DNA of 64,000 nt, from positions 15,360 through 79,359 of the forward strand of contig CAZJFE010000001.1 of NCBI GenBank assembly GCA_964545345.1, in the 5' to 3' direction. Position 1 is the stretch's first letter. Each line of letters opens with the position of its first letter. The DNA comes from an uncultured Candidatus Saccharibacteria bacterium (GTDB taxonomy: Bacteria; Patescibacteriota; Minisyncoccia; UBA6257; WO2-44-18). Position numbers and translations under genes: made by a program. Below the pieces are notes generated by a model. The model did no database searches, had not been told where the DNA came from, and saw only the letters and a list, made by a program, of their open reading frames with translations. Shown piece by piece: positions 46,500 through 55,762 of the stretch.

Positions 46500-47222
46500 A
46501 TGTTTAACGGGAAGCGGGTGTCGGTGGTTTTTGCTACTTACCGCGAAAAAAACTCCGTGCGAGCCGCTATTGAGGACTTCTATAATACCGGGATGGTTGA
46601 TGAGGTGGTGGTGGTGAGCAATAACGCCGAGCCGGGTACCGATGAAGAGGTCAAGAAAACTAAGGCCCGCTTGGTTTACCAGCCACAACAGGGTTATGGT
46701 TGGGCATTCCGAAAAGGCATCGCCGAAGCGACCGGCGACCTAATCGTTCTTTGCGAGCCGGATTCCACTTACACCGGGAAAGATTTAGGAAAGTTTTTAG
46801 AATATTCAAAAGATTTTGACGCGGTTTTTGGAACCCGCACCAATACCAGCACGATCGTGCCCGGTGGTGATATGCGCACCCTACGAAGAATTTGCAACGT
46901 GATTTACGGAAAAATTATTCAAACTCTTTACGGCACGACTTCCCTGACCGAAATCGGTTGTACTTATAAACTGTTTCGCAAAGAAGCTCTGCGGAAGATT
47001 GAACCGTTTTTTGTCTCCACTAACCCGCTATTTGCTACCGAGTTGATTTTGTTGTCTTCCGTGCACGGGCTGAAATTTGTGGAGATCCCGGTTCACTATG
47101 GGAATCGGGTCGGCCAATCCACGATCATCGCGAATTGGCGTAAATTGGTGAAATGGGCGATTAAATTACTGGTGTTTATTATCGGTTTCAGAATTGCCGC
47201 GCTACTTGGAAAACATAAATAG
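46500..47222 (+). CDS. Glycosyltransferase family 2 (polyprenol-phosphate sugar transferase-like) with C-terminal TM helix
   Basis: VSVVFATYREKNSV, ...LIVLCEPD..., C-terminal hydrophobic segment; 240 aa. Confidence 0.75.
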   Translation: MFNGKRVSVVFATYREKNSVRAAIEDFYNTGMVDEVVVVSNNAEPGTDEEVKKTKARLVYQPQQGYGWAFRKGIAEATGDLIVLCEPDSTYTGKDLGKFLEYSKDFDAVFGTRTNTSTIVPGGDMRTLRRICNVIYGKIIQTLYGTTSLTEIGCTYKLFRKEALRKIEPFFVSTNPLFATELILLSSVHGLKFVEIPVHYGNRVGQSTIIANWRKLVKWAIKLLVFIIGFRIAALLGKHK

Positions 47223-48458
47223 ATGATGAAGGTAAACAAAACTTGTCGAGAGTGTGAAAGCGCCGACCTGGTGAAGTTTTTGGATTTGGGATTACAGCCG
47301 GCCGCTAATAGTTTTTTGAAGAAAGAAGAATTGAGCAATCCGGAGCTGAAGTTTCCGCTGGAAGCTTATTTTTGTCGGTCTTGTAATGCCGCCCAGCTAG
47401 TTCATGTGGTTGATAAGAGTTTATTGTTCCGGAATTATGTTTATTTCTCTTCCGGGATGCCAAAAGTTTCCCCGCATTGGCAGGCCTACGCAGAGCACGT
47501 GATGGCGAATTATTTGCCGGCCAAGAATGAATTTGTTTTGGAAATCGGCAGTAATGATGGCGTGCTGTTGAGGTTTTTCCGGGATCGCGGATATAAGGTT
47601 TTAGGCATTGACCCGGCGGAAAATATCGCTAAGGTCGCTGAAGCAATGGGTGTGCCTACCTGGGCAGACTTCTTTGGCGACACGGTAGCGGCTAAAGCGG
47701 TTGCCGCCCACGGACAGGCGATGGCGATTCTAGCCAATAACGTAGTGGCGCATATTGATGAGCATCAGGATTTGGTTCAGGGAGTGAAAACTTTATTACA
47801 TCCCAAAGGGGTGTTTGTCTTAGAAGCGCCGTACTTGATTGATATGTTTGAAAACCTAACTTATGACACAATCTATCACGAACATCTGGGATTTTTGGCC
47901 GTTCGCCCGCTTCAGAAACTTTTTGCCAAATATGGGTTGGAAGTTTTTGACGCCCAAGTGGTGCCATCACAGGGCAAATCAATTCGGCTGTTCACCTGCC
48001 ACCAAGGAGCTTATCCGGTTAAGCAATCGGTAATAGATTTGGTTAAAAAAGAGTTGGATCTGGGGTTAGATAAAGAAGAAAGCTACCAGGAACTTGGTCG
48101 GAGAGTGGCGGCTTCAAAAGAAAAACTGATGGCGTTGTTACAGGATCTGAAAAAGCAGGGCAAAACCATCGCCGCCTACGGCGCTCCGGCTAAAGGCAAT
48201 ACCCTTTTGAATTATTGCCAGATCGGGGCGGATACCTTAGATTACGCCCTGGAGGATTTACCGACTAAAACCGGCCTTTATACGCCCGGAACGCACATAC
48301 CGGTTGTGGATCGGAAGTATTCCGAAGCGCATAGGCCGGATTATTATCTGATGCTGGCCTGGAATTATCAGAAGGCAATCTTGGAGAAAGAACAGGAATT
48401 TTTGAAGAACGGCGGGCATTTCATTATCCCCGTGGGAGATGAAATAAAAATTATATGA
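47223..48458 (+). CDS. NDP-sugar C-methyltransferase (TylCIII-like; N-terminal Zn-ribbon plus SAM-MTase)
   Basis: CRECESADL...CRSCNAAQL zinc ribbon; LEIGSNDGVLL motif I; YHEHLGF. Confidence 0.7.
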   Translation: MMKVNKTCRECESADLVKFLDLGLQPAANSFLKKEELSNPELKFPLEAYFCRSCNAAQLVHVVDKSLLFRNYVYFSSGMPKVSPHWQAYAEHVMANYLPAKNEFVLEIGSNDGVLLRFFRDRGYKVLGIDPAENIAKVAEAMGVPTWADFFGDTVAAKAVAAHGQAMAILANNVVAHIDEHQDLVQGVKTLLHPKGVFVLEAPYLIDMFENLTYDTIYHEHLGFLAVRPLQKLFAKYGLEVFDAQVVPSQGKSIRLFTCHQGAYPVKQSVIDLVKKELDLGLDKEESYQELGRRVAASKEKLMALLQDLKKQGKTIAAYGAPAKGNTLLNYCQIGADTLDYALEDLPTKTGLYTPGTHIPVVDRKYSEAHRPDYYLMLAWNYQKAILEKEQEFLKNGGHFIIPVGDEIKII

Positions 48459-49492
48459 GCTCAGATTCAAAGAAAATTTTAGTATGTGGCGGCTGCGGAT
48501 TCATGGGTTCGCAGTTCATCCGCTACCTGCACAATAAGTATCCGAACTACCAGATCTACAATCTGGATCTTTTAACTTACGCCGGTAATCCGGAGAATTT
48601 GAAAGATCTGGCGGTCAGCGATCGTTACCATTTCGTCCACGGCGATATCGGCGATAAACCGCTGATAGAAGATCTGATGGCTAAGCATAAGTTTGATGTG
48701 GTGATTAATTTTGCCGCGGAGAGCCACGTGGATCGCTCTATTTTAAATGCTTTCCAGTTTATTAAAACTAATATTCAGGGCGCCTACGTTTTACTGGAGG
48801 CCGCCCGGCATTACAAAATTCCCCGATTCGTTTATGTATCCACGGATGAAATTTACGGCGATGTGCCGCATGGCGTGAAGACTGATGAAAATTATCCGCT
48901 TCAACCGACTAATCCTTACGCTGCCTCCAAGGCCGCCGCGGATTTGATGGTGCAGTCGTATATCAAAACTCACCGAGTGCCGGCAGTTATTATCCGGAGT
49001 TCTAATAATTACGGGCCTTATCAATATCCCGAGAAGCTCCATTCCTTGGTGATTACGAATTTGTTGGAGGGCAAAAAAGTTCCTGTGCACGGGAAAGGCC
49101 TGCACTTACGAAGTTGGATTCACACCCAAGATTTTTGTAACGCGTTGGATTTGGTGATGCACAAAGGCGATGACTATAAAGTCTACAATGTGGCCGGAGA
49201 GGAGAGAAGTAACATGGAAGTTATACGGGCAGTAGCGAAGGTGGTAGGGAAAAATCACGATGAACACCTTGAGCACGTAAGCGACCGGCCCGGCGCTGAT
49301 TTTAGGTATGCGCCGGACCACTCCCGTATTTCCAAGGAGTTGAAGTGGGAGCGTCAGTACTCGTACGACAGCGCTCTGCAGGAAATCGTGGCTTGGTATG
49401 ATAAGAATCGGGACTGGTGGCAAAAGATTAAGTTAAGGGGCGAATTCCAAGACCACTACCAGAAACAAAGTAAGGGCCAGTATGATTTATAA
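48455..49492 (+). CDS. rfbB: dTDP-glucose 4,6-dehydratase
   Basis: KILVCGGCGFMGSQF, YVSTDEIYGD, catalytic NPYAASKAAADLMV. Confidence 0.9.
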   Translation: MSSDSKKILVCGGCGFMGSQFIRYLHNKYPNYQIYNLDLLTYAGNPENLKDLAVSDRYHFVHGDIGDKPLIEDLMAKHKFDVVINFAAESHVDRSILNAFQFIKTNIQGAYVLLEAARHYKIPRFVYVSTDEIYGDVPHGVKTDENYPLQPTNPYAASKAAADLMVQSYIKTHRVPAVIIRSSNNYGPYQYPEKLHSLVITNLLEGKKVPVHGKGLHLRSWIHTQDFCNALDLVMHKGDDYKVYNVAGEERSNMEVIRAVAKVVGKNHDEHLEHVSDRPGADFRYAPDHSRISKELKWERQYSYDSALQEIVAWYDKNRDWWQKIKLRGEFQDHYQKQSKGQYDL

Positions 49493-50345
49493 AAAAATAT
49501 TGATTATCGGCGCCGACGGTCAGCTGGGTTTTGATTTGATGCATTCTTTTGGAGAGAAAGCGGTTGGTTTGACCCATAAAGATATTGAAGTAAAAAACGC
49601 TCAACAGGTTGAAGAGGTTATCGCCGCTCATAAGCCAGATGTGGTTATCAATACCGCGGCTATCGTCAAGTCAGAGTGGTGCGAGTTAAATAAAGAGGAG
49701 TGCTTGGCGGTGAACGCGGTTGGCGCGGGGAACGTCGCCGCCGCGGCCAACAAAATAGGAGCGGCGGTCATTCAAATTAGTACCGATTATGTTTTTGATG
49801 GTTCCAAAGATTCTTTTAATGAAAGTGATCAGCCGAACCCGTTGAATGTTTACGGAGAATCTAAATTGGAGGGCGAGCGCTCGGTTCGTAAAAATAATCC
49901 GAAATATTACATTGTCCGCTCCGGATGGTTCTTCGGGAAAAATATTCCCCATAAAGGACTGGATTTTCCCCGGGCGATGTTGAAACTGGCGAAAGAGAAG
50001 GGCGAAGTTCGGGTTGTTAGGGATCAGTTTGGTTGCCCGACTTATACTCGCGATTTAGCAGGTAAAATTAAGGAATTGTTACATCGCAATGCTCCGTTTG
50101 GCGTTTATCATGTTACCAATCATGGGCGGACGTCTTGGTATGGGTTCGCGAAGAAAGCTTTTGAGTTGGCGAAGGAGAAAGCGAAACTGATTCCGATTAC
50201 CACCGCGGAAAGCGGTTCTAAAATTCAGCGGCCAAAGGATTCTATTTTAGAAAATCGCAATTTATCAGAGGTCGGGATCCCGCTTCTACGTTCCTGGGAG
50301 GAGGCGCTGGCAGAATATTTTCGGGAAATTAATGAATCTATTTAG
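49482..50345 (+). CDS. rfbD: dTDP-4-dehydrorhamnose reductase
   Basis: KILIIGADGQLG, YVFDGSK, NVYGESKLEGE; 287 aa. Confidence 0.8.
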   Translation: MIYKKILIIGADGQLGFDLMHSFGEKAVGLTHKDIEVKNAQQVEEVIAAHKPDVVINTAAIVKSEWCELNKEECLAVNAVGAGNVAAAANKIGAAVIQISTDYVFDGSKDSFNESDQPNPLNVYGESKLEGERSVRKNNPKYYIVRSGWFFGKNIPHKGLDFPRAMLKLAKEKGEVRVVRDQFGCPTYTRDLAGKIKELLHRNAPFGVYHVTNHGRTSWYGFAKKAFELAKEKAKLIPITTAESGSKIQRPKDSILENRNLSEVGIPLLRSWEEALAEYFREINESI

Positions 50346-50997
50346 CAAACTTAACGAATATTGGAAGAAGCAGGGTTCGGAATTTGATTCTTTTTATTCC
50401 GCGTCCGCTTTTTCACCGAAGAAAATAGTAGGCGCTTTTTTGGACCGCAGATCCGAAATTTTACAGAAGATGCTCGGTGATATTTCTGGAAAAAAAATCT
50501 TGGATTTGGCATGCGGATCCGGCATACAGATGGTGGATCTAGCGCCACGTTGCAAAGAAATTATTGGCGTAGATATTTCTGACGAATTATTGGCAATCGC
50601 AAAAAAAGAGCTAGAGAAGTTGAAAAACAATAACTGGAGTCTAGTTTCCTCGGATGCCACACGCCTTCCGCTGAAGGATGGAGAGATTGATTTGGTTTAT
50701 TCTCTGGGGCTTTTGGATTACGTGGAAGATATCCCGGTAATCTTGAGGGAATGTAGAAGGGTTTTACGAGATGATGGCAGTATAATCTTTACTGTTCCAA
50801 GGCGACCATCTCTGTTTGCCTTTTTCCGAACTCAACCGGGTATTTGGCTTAGAAGAAAACTTTTTAATCTCCCTCCAATCGCTAATGCTCTCAAAAAATC
50901 CGAATTAAATAATCTGCTTGCCTCAGTTGGTTTACGGATCATTAGCGCAAAGTCTCTTTGGTCAACTATGTGGATCGTCAAAGTAGAAAAATTATAA
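50332..50997 (+). CDS. Class I SAM-dependent methyltransferase
   Basis: ILDLACGSGIQ motif I. Confidence 0.7.
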   Translation: MNLFSKLNEYWKKQGSEFDSFYSASAFSPKKIVGAFLDRRSEILQKMLGDISGKKILDLACGSGIQMVDLAPRCKEIIGVDISDELLAIAKKELEKLKNNNWSLVSSDATRLPLKDGEIDLVYSLGLLDYVEDIPVILRECRRVLRDDGSIIFTVPRRPSLFAFFRTQPGIWLRRKLFNLPPIANALKKSELNNLLASVGLRIISAKSLWSTMWIVKVEKL

Positions 50998-50999
50998 AC

Positions 51000-51716
51000 A
51001 TGGATTTCAGCTTGATTATTACCTGTTATAACGAAGCTCCGCACTTACGGGAAAGTTTTGAGATTTTGAAACGCGTCTTAAAAGAGACCGGTTGGCGGTC
51101 AGAGTTTATTTTTGTCGAGGATTTTAGCACTGATAGCACGAGGGACGTTATTGATTCAATATTGAAAGAAAATCCTGATTTGAATATTAAAAAGATTTTT
51201 CACCAAAAGAATGAAGGACGTGGGCAATCGGTGAATGACGGCATTCGGGCGGCTATTGGGAGGGTCGTTGGTTTTTTGGACATTGATTTAGAAATTGACG
51301 CGCATTATTTAGTTCCGGCCGTTGTCCTGATCCGGGAAAAACAGGCAGATTTTGTGATGGCGCGCCGTATTTACAAATATTCTATTTTTAGCTTTACTCG
51401 CGCTATCGTCAGCCGTGGTTATAATTTTTTGATGCGATTGTTGCTGGGCTTGCCGTTTTCCGACACCGAGGCCGGTTTTAAGTTTTTTGATAGAGAGAAA
51501 ATCCTGCCTTTACTTGATAAGCTTCAAGATAAGCGTTGGTTTTGGGATACGGAAATCGTCGCTTGCGCCCACAGAGCAGGATTAAAGATAATCCTTCTAC
51601 CAACCTTATTTATTCGAAGACCAGATAAAAAAAGTACTGTTAGGTTGTTGCGCGATAGCTGGATTTATTTCGTTAGTTTGCTTAAATTTAGGAAGCGATA
51701 CCGCGCTTCTAAATGA
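51000..51716 (+). CDS. Glycosyltransferase family 2
   Basis: FSLIITCYNEAPHL, VEDFSTD; ATG 51000 immediately after previous stop. Confidence 0.75.
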   Translation: MDFSLIITCYNEAPHLRESFEILKRVLKETGWRSEFIFVEDFSTDSTRDVIDSILKENPDLNIKKIFHQKNEGRGQSVNDGIRAAIGRVVGFLDIDLEIDAHYLVPAVVLIREKQADFVMARRIYKYSIFSFTRAIVSRGYNFLMRLLLGLPFSDTEAGFKFFDREKILPLLDKLQDKRWFWDTEIVACAHRAGLKIILLPTLFIRRPDKKSTVRLLRDSWIYFVSLLKFRKRYRASK

Positions 51717-52846
51717 AAATACCTTTTAATAAGCCATATTTTGACGATCGCGACCAAAAGGCGGTTTCAAAGGCCCTAGAGGAAGGACATGTTACCGGGG
51801 ATAGTTTCTATGGACAAAAACTCGCCCAGAAACTGCAGGTAATCCTTGGAGTCAAATATGCTCTGCCTACTCCTTCTTGCACCGCCGCCTTGGAGTTGGC
51901 GATCTTATCCTTGGATATCGGGGCGGGCGATGAGGTTATTTTGCCCAGTTTCAATTTTGCTTCCGGAGCAGTAGCGATCTTGCATTCCGGCGCCCGACCG
52001 GTTTTTGCCGATATAGAGAAAGAAACTTTTTGCATTGATCCGAAATCAATTGAACGAGCCATAACCCCCCGCACTAGGGCAATAATGATTGTCCATTATG
52101 CAGGGCACTCTTGCGATATGAGCGCCATTTTGAAGTTGACGCGCAAATATAAACTCAAAATTATTGAGGATGCCGCTCACGCCATTGGCGGAAAATATAG
52201 AAATAAATCACTCGGAACCATTGGCGACATAGGTTGTTTCAGCTTCCATGGCACTAAAAACATCGTTACCGGAGAAGGGGGCGCTTTTGTTACCAATGAT
52301 CAAAAGGTATTTGAAAAAGCAGAAATCATGCGGGAAAAAGGCACAAATCGCCCGGCTTTTTTACGCGGAGAGGCGGACAAATATGGCTTAGTATCCATTG
52401 GTAGCAGCTATCTTTTAGGGGATATTCTATCGGCTTTGGCCACTTCCCAACTGAACAAGTTGGAAAAAATTACAAAGCTACGCAGACAACACGCCAAATA
52501 TCTAATTGGTTCATTAGCTGACCTCAAGGCGAAGATCAATTTGCCGGTGACGAAATCTTATGCGGACAGCTGTTGGCACATCTTTGCTCTGCTAGTTGAT
52601 CCCGCTAAACGTGACCAATATATCAAAGAATTAAAAATTCGCGGTGTTGATGCCGCCGCTCATTATTTGCCCCTTCATTCTTCCCCGCTCGGTAAAAAAA
52701 TGGGGTGGGATAAAAAGGAACTGCCGATCACCGATCTGGTGTCCGCTTCCATGATCCGTTTGCCATTGTACCCTTCTCTTACTAAAAAAGAATTGAATTA
52801 TCTGTCCAAAATCTTCCATGAAGTTGCTACCAAGATTCTTCAATAG
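51713..52846 (+). CDS. DegT/DnrJ/EryC1/StrS-family PLP-dependent sugar aminotransferase
   Basis: IIEDAAHAIGGKY, FSFHGTKNIVTGEGG (PLP Lys). Confidence 0.85.
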   Translation: MKIPFNKPYFDDRDQKAVSKALEEGHVTGDSFYGQKLAQKLQVILGVKYALPTPSCTAALELAILSLDIGAGDEVILPSFNFASGAVAILHSGARPVFADIEKETFCIDPKSIERAITPRTRAIMIVHYAGHSCDMSAILKLTRKYKLKIIEDAAHAIGGKYRNKSLGTIGDIGCFSFHGTKNIVTGEGGAFVTNDQKVFEKAEIMREKGTNRPAFLRGEADKYGLVSIGSSYLLGDILSALATSQLNKLEKITKLRRQHAKYLIGSLADLKAKINLPVTKSYADSCWHIFALLVDPAKRDQYIKELKIRGVDAAAHYLPLHSSPLGKKMGWDKKELPITDLVSASMIRLPLYPSLTKKELNYLSKIFHEVATKILQ

Positions 52847-53405
52847 CCCGGGTTTCTATAATTTGATCCAGTGGATCTTAGCCCCCATCGGTAGCTTAGA
52901 GATTCGGGGAAAATTATTTGAATTCTCTAAAAATGTTAATGGTCGGATATTGGATATTGGTTGTGGCACCGGGAAATATGCCGGCGTTTTCCTTGATAAG
53001 GAATATTCTGGAGTTGATATTGATGAGGCGTATCTTGATCACGCGCGAAAAAAATATCCGCGTGGAAAATTTTTCCAGGTGAGCTCTATTAAATTGCCAT
53101 TTGAAGACAGTTATTTTAACTTCGTTTTTTCGGTTAGCACCTTTCATCATCTTACAGACGAGGAGGTTGCGATCAGCATTGCAGAGATGCGCCGGGTCTG
53201 TAGGCCGGGTGGATTGATGGTAGTAATTGACAACATTTATCCAACTGGGTGGAACTTTTTAGGATACGCGCTATTCAAGTTGGATAGGGGTAGAAACCAG
53301 AGAACATTTCAAAAAATGAGCTATCTTATGGGCCGGCATGGATTTTCCGGAGCGCCCTTCTTTGGTTTCCCCTATGAATATTCTGTTTTTCAAGCTTCTA
53401 AATGA
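52818..53405 (+). CDS. Class I SAM-dependent methyltransferase
   Basis: ILDIGCGTGKY. Confidence 0.7.
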   Translation: MKLLPRFFNSPGFYNLIQWILAPIGSLEIRGKLFEFSKNVNGRILDIGCGTGKYAGVFLDKEYSGVDIDEAYLDHARKKYPRGKFFQVSSIKLPFEDSYFNFVFSVSTFHHLTDEEVAISIAEMRRVCRPGGLMVVIDNIYPTGWNFLGYALFKLDRGRNQRTFQKMSYLMGRHGFSGAPFFGFPYEYSVFQASK

Positions 53406-55762
53406 TTAACGCTTTCAATCTCATAGACAAGTTTTTAAACAAGACCTCCGGTCAGCTAATCTTTGCTTTGTTGTTGACCGCGATCATCCTCCTCCCATTT
53501 TTATCAGGTGGTTGGGTAGCCGGTGATGATGCCACGAAACTTATAATTCCTCAGCTCAATTTCTATAAAAATGCCATTTCCAGCGGCCAGAGCCCATTTT
53601 GGAATCCTAACGTAGCGGTCGGATTTCCTAATTTTATAGATATCTCCCACCCTTTTTCTCCGGTTGTATTACTGTCGCTTTTACTTTCTCCGGTTACCGC
53701 GCACTATTGGTGGCTGTTTGTTTTATTATCGGCAACTTTCTTTCTGACCATTTTATTCCTTAAAGAGCTGGACCTCGGTGTTTACCCGGCCTTGATTGGA
53801 GCGATGGCTTATTTAATTTCTTCAATTTGGTTTACCCAAAGCGTTTTTGTGGTGACGGCGATTTTCTCTCAGGTTTTGATTTTCTGGTTTCTTCTAAGGA
53901 TTAGCCGTGGAGCAAGTCGCCGGTTCGGAGTTTTGGTGGGCGCGATTTGCGTTTTGGCGCTCGCCAATAACTGGTTATCTATCGGTTATTGGATAAATCT
54001 TTATTTATTTTTTGCAAGCTTGGCTTTCGCCGTCTTCCTGTTCCTGAAAAATCGCGATTCCGGAAAGCGAGTTTTTATATTTTTTTTCGCAATCTGGTCG
54101 TTGGGTACAGTCGTCGGACTCCTCCAGATTATTCCAACTTATATTCTATCTCAATTCTCCGGGAGAGGCGGGGGATTAGATGCCGGATCGGCCGCCGGCT
54201 ACGTTATCGGTCTGAAAGAATTATTTAATTTTCTCCACTTCACTCCCCGCCGTGGATTAGACGCTTACCTGTACATGGGTATCGCGCCGTTGATCTTTTG
54301 GATTTTTTCATTTCGCGTCAAAGGTGATTTTATAAGATTTTTCCGATGGCTGTTTTTTCTGGTGTTTTTTATCGCCGTTTCTCATTCCCAGATTTTTTGG
54401 TTAATTCAAAAACTGCCGTTGTTTAATTTATTTCAGGGCGCGAGCCGGTTTCTTTTTATTGCTAATCTGGCAGTCGCAGTTTTAGTCGGCTATGGGGCGA
54501 AATATTTTTTCAATAACGCCAATCGCTCACCCGTCATTCCCGTTCTGATGTCAACCTTGTTAGCATTCGGTTCGGCTATTTTGTGGAGTTCCAAATTGGT
54601 ATTACCGGTTGCATCCTCGTTGGTTCTAATCGCTCTATTTATTCTGATTTCTAAATACGTAAGAAAAGAACTGTTGCCGCTGCTTCTTACTTCCATAGTC
54701 GTCATAGATTTTATTTTTGCCTTTTCCTATTTCCAAGGTCCTGGGTTGACTAGCATTGCTTCATACATTGATCCGCCGGCAACCGCCGGATTTTTCAAGA
54801 GCCATCCTGGTAGAATTTTGCCGCTTTTTGTTGACGATTGGGATAATCAATATTTCTATCAACTTTTCCAGACATCAGCGCCACACTCCGAAGATGCCCC
54901 CTACCTTTTTGCGTTAGAGAGAGAAACTTATCAACCTAATTATCAAAATCTTGACGGTATTGAAAATCTTGAGGCGAACGAACCGCTTCTCAACACGTCG
55001 ATGGCGAGACTAATGGCGCTTCTCGGAACGAGGCAATTGGCTAACACCGGCGGCGAGGAAAAATTGGATAAAACCTACGAAGTTATTACCGAGTTAACCG
55101 GCGAAACCAAGATTGAAGAAGGCCAGGAATTATTAGGCGTTGTCTATACCGATATTTCAGTAATGGAGAAGTTTAGAGTCTTAAAAGAACGAATTCCGCT
55201 TATAAATTTTTTGGGCATAAAATATCTTCTTGCCGCCTATAACTTGGAAGAAGAAAAAATTCCTGGTTTCATACCGGTTTCTTATATTGAGCTTTATATT
55301 ATGGGCAAAGATAAGCCGTCGATGCCGATGATTATTTACGACAATCCCTACGCCAAGCCGATCGCCTACTTCTCAAAAGTTTCTGGGTATAAAACTGATC
55401 CGGAAGTGATCCACCGGGCCTTTAAAGACGGTGGATTCAAAGATATTTTCGTGGAATGCTCGGACTGTCCGACCAAAAAATTTACAACGCAGGGGAAAAT
55501 CGGGCTGGCAAAAAAAGAAAACGGGCGAGTGGAGCTACTGACCGAGTCCCCAGCCGAACAGTTCCTCGTCTTTACTCAAAACTATTTACCGGGATGGCGG
55601 GCTTATATTGATGGTAAAGAAGTTGAAATTTATAAAGTGAACACTGTTTTCCCTGGTGTATTTGTGCCGACGGGGAAGCATAAGGTAGAATTCGTTTACG
55701 ATTACTGGAGCTTGTTTAATCCTAAATGGCTTTTCTTGAGCAGCAACTCAATCGCAAAATAA
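53402..55762 (+). CDS. YfhO-family GT-C membrane glycosyltransferase (paralog 1)
   Basis: Multi-TM N-terminus; C-terminal FLVFTQNYLPGWRAYIDGKEVEIYKVNTVFPGVFVPTGKHKVEFVYDYW typical of YfhO. Confidence 0.7.
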   Translation: MINAFNLIDKFLNKTSGQLIFALLLTAIILLPFLSGGWVAGDDATKLIIPQLNFYKNAISSGQSPFWNPNVAVGFPNFIDISHPFSPVVLLSLLLSPVTAHYWWLFVLLSATFFLTILFLKELDLGVYPALIGAMAYLISSIWFTQSVFVVTAIFSQVLIFWFLLRISRGASRRFGVLVGAICVLALANNWLSIGYWINLYLFFASLAFAVFLFLKNRDSGKRVFIFFFAIWSLGTVVGLLQIIPTYILSQFSGRGGGLDAGSAAGYVIGLKELFNFLHFTPRRGLDAYLYMGIAPLIFWIFSFRVKGDFIRFFRWLFFLVFFIAVSHSQIFWLIQKLPLFNLFQGASRFLFIANLAVAVLVGYGAKYFFNNANRSPVIPVLMSTLLAFGSAILWSSKLVLPVASSLVLIALFILISKYVRKELLPLLLTSIVVIDFIFAFSYFQGPGLTSIASYIDPPATAGFFKSHPGRILPLFVDDWDNQYFYQLFQTSAPHSEDAPYLFALERETYQPNYQNLDGIENLEANEPLLNTSMARLMALLGTRQLANTGGEEKLDKTYEVITELTGETKIEEGQELLGVVYTDISVMEKFRVLKERIPLINFLGIKYLLAAYNLEEEKIPGFIPVSYIELYIMGKDKPSMPMIIYDNPYAKPIAYFSKVSGYKTDPEVIHRAFKDGGFKDIFVECSDCPTKKFTTQGKIGLAKKENGRVELLTESPAEQFLVFTQNYLPGWRAYIDGKEVEIYKVNTVFPGVFVPTGKHKVEFVYDYWSLFNPKWLFLSSNSIAK

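Noticed and set aside
45867-46688. 273-aa ORF on the minus strand
   Set aside because: It is antisense to the high-GC DUF218 gene, has no recognisable motifs, and is the typical open antisense frame in GC-rich coding DNA.
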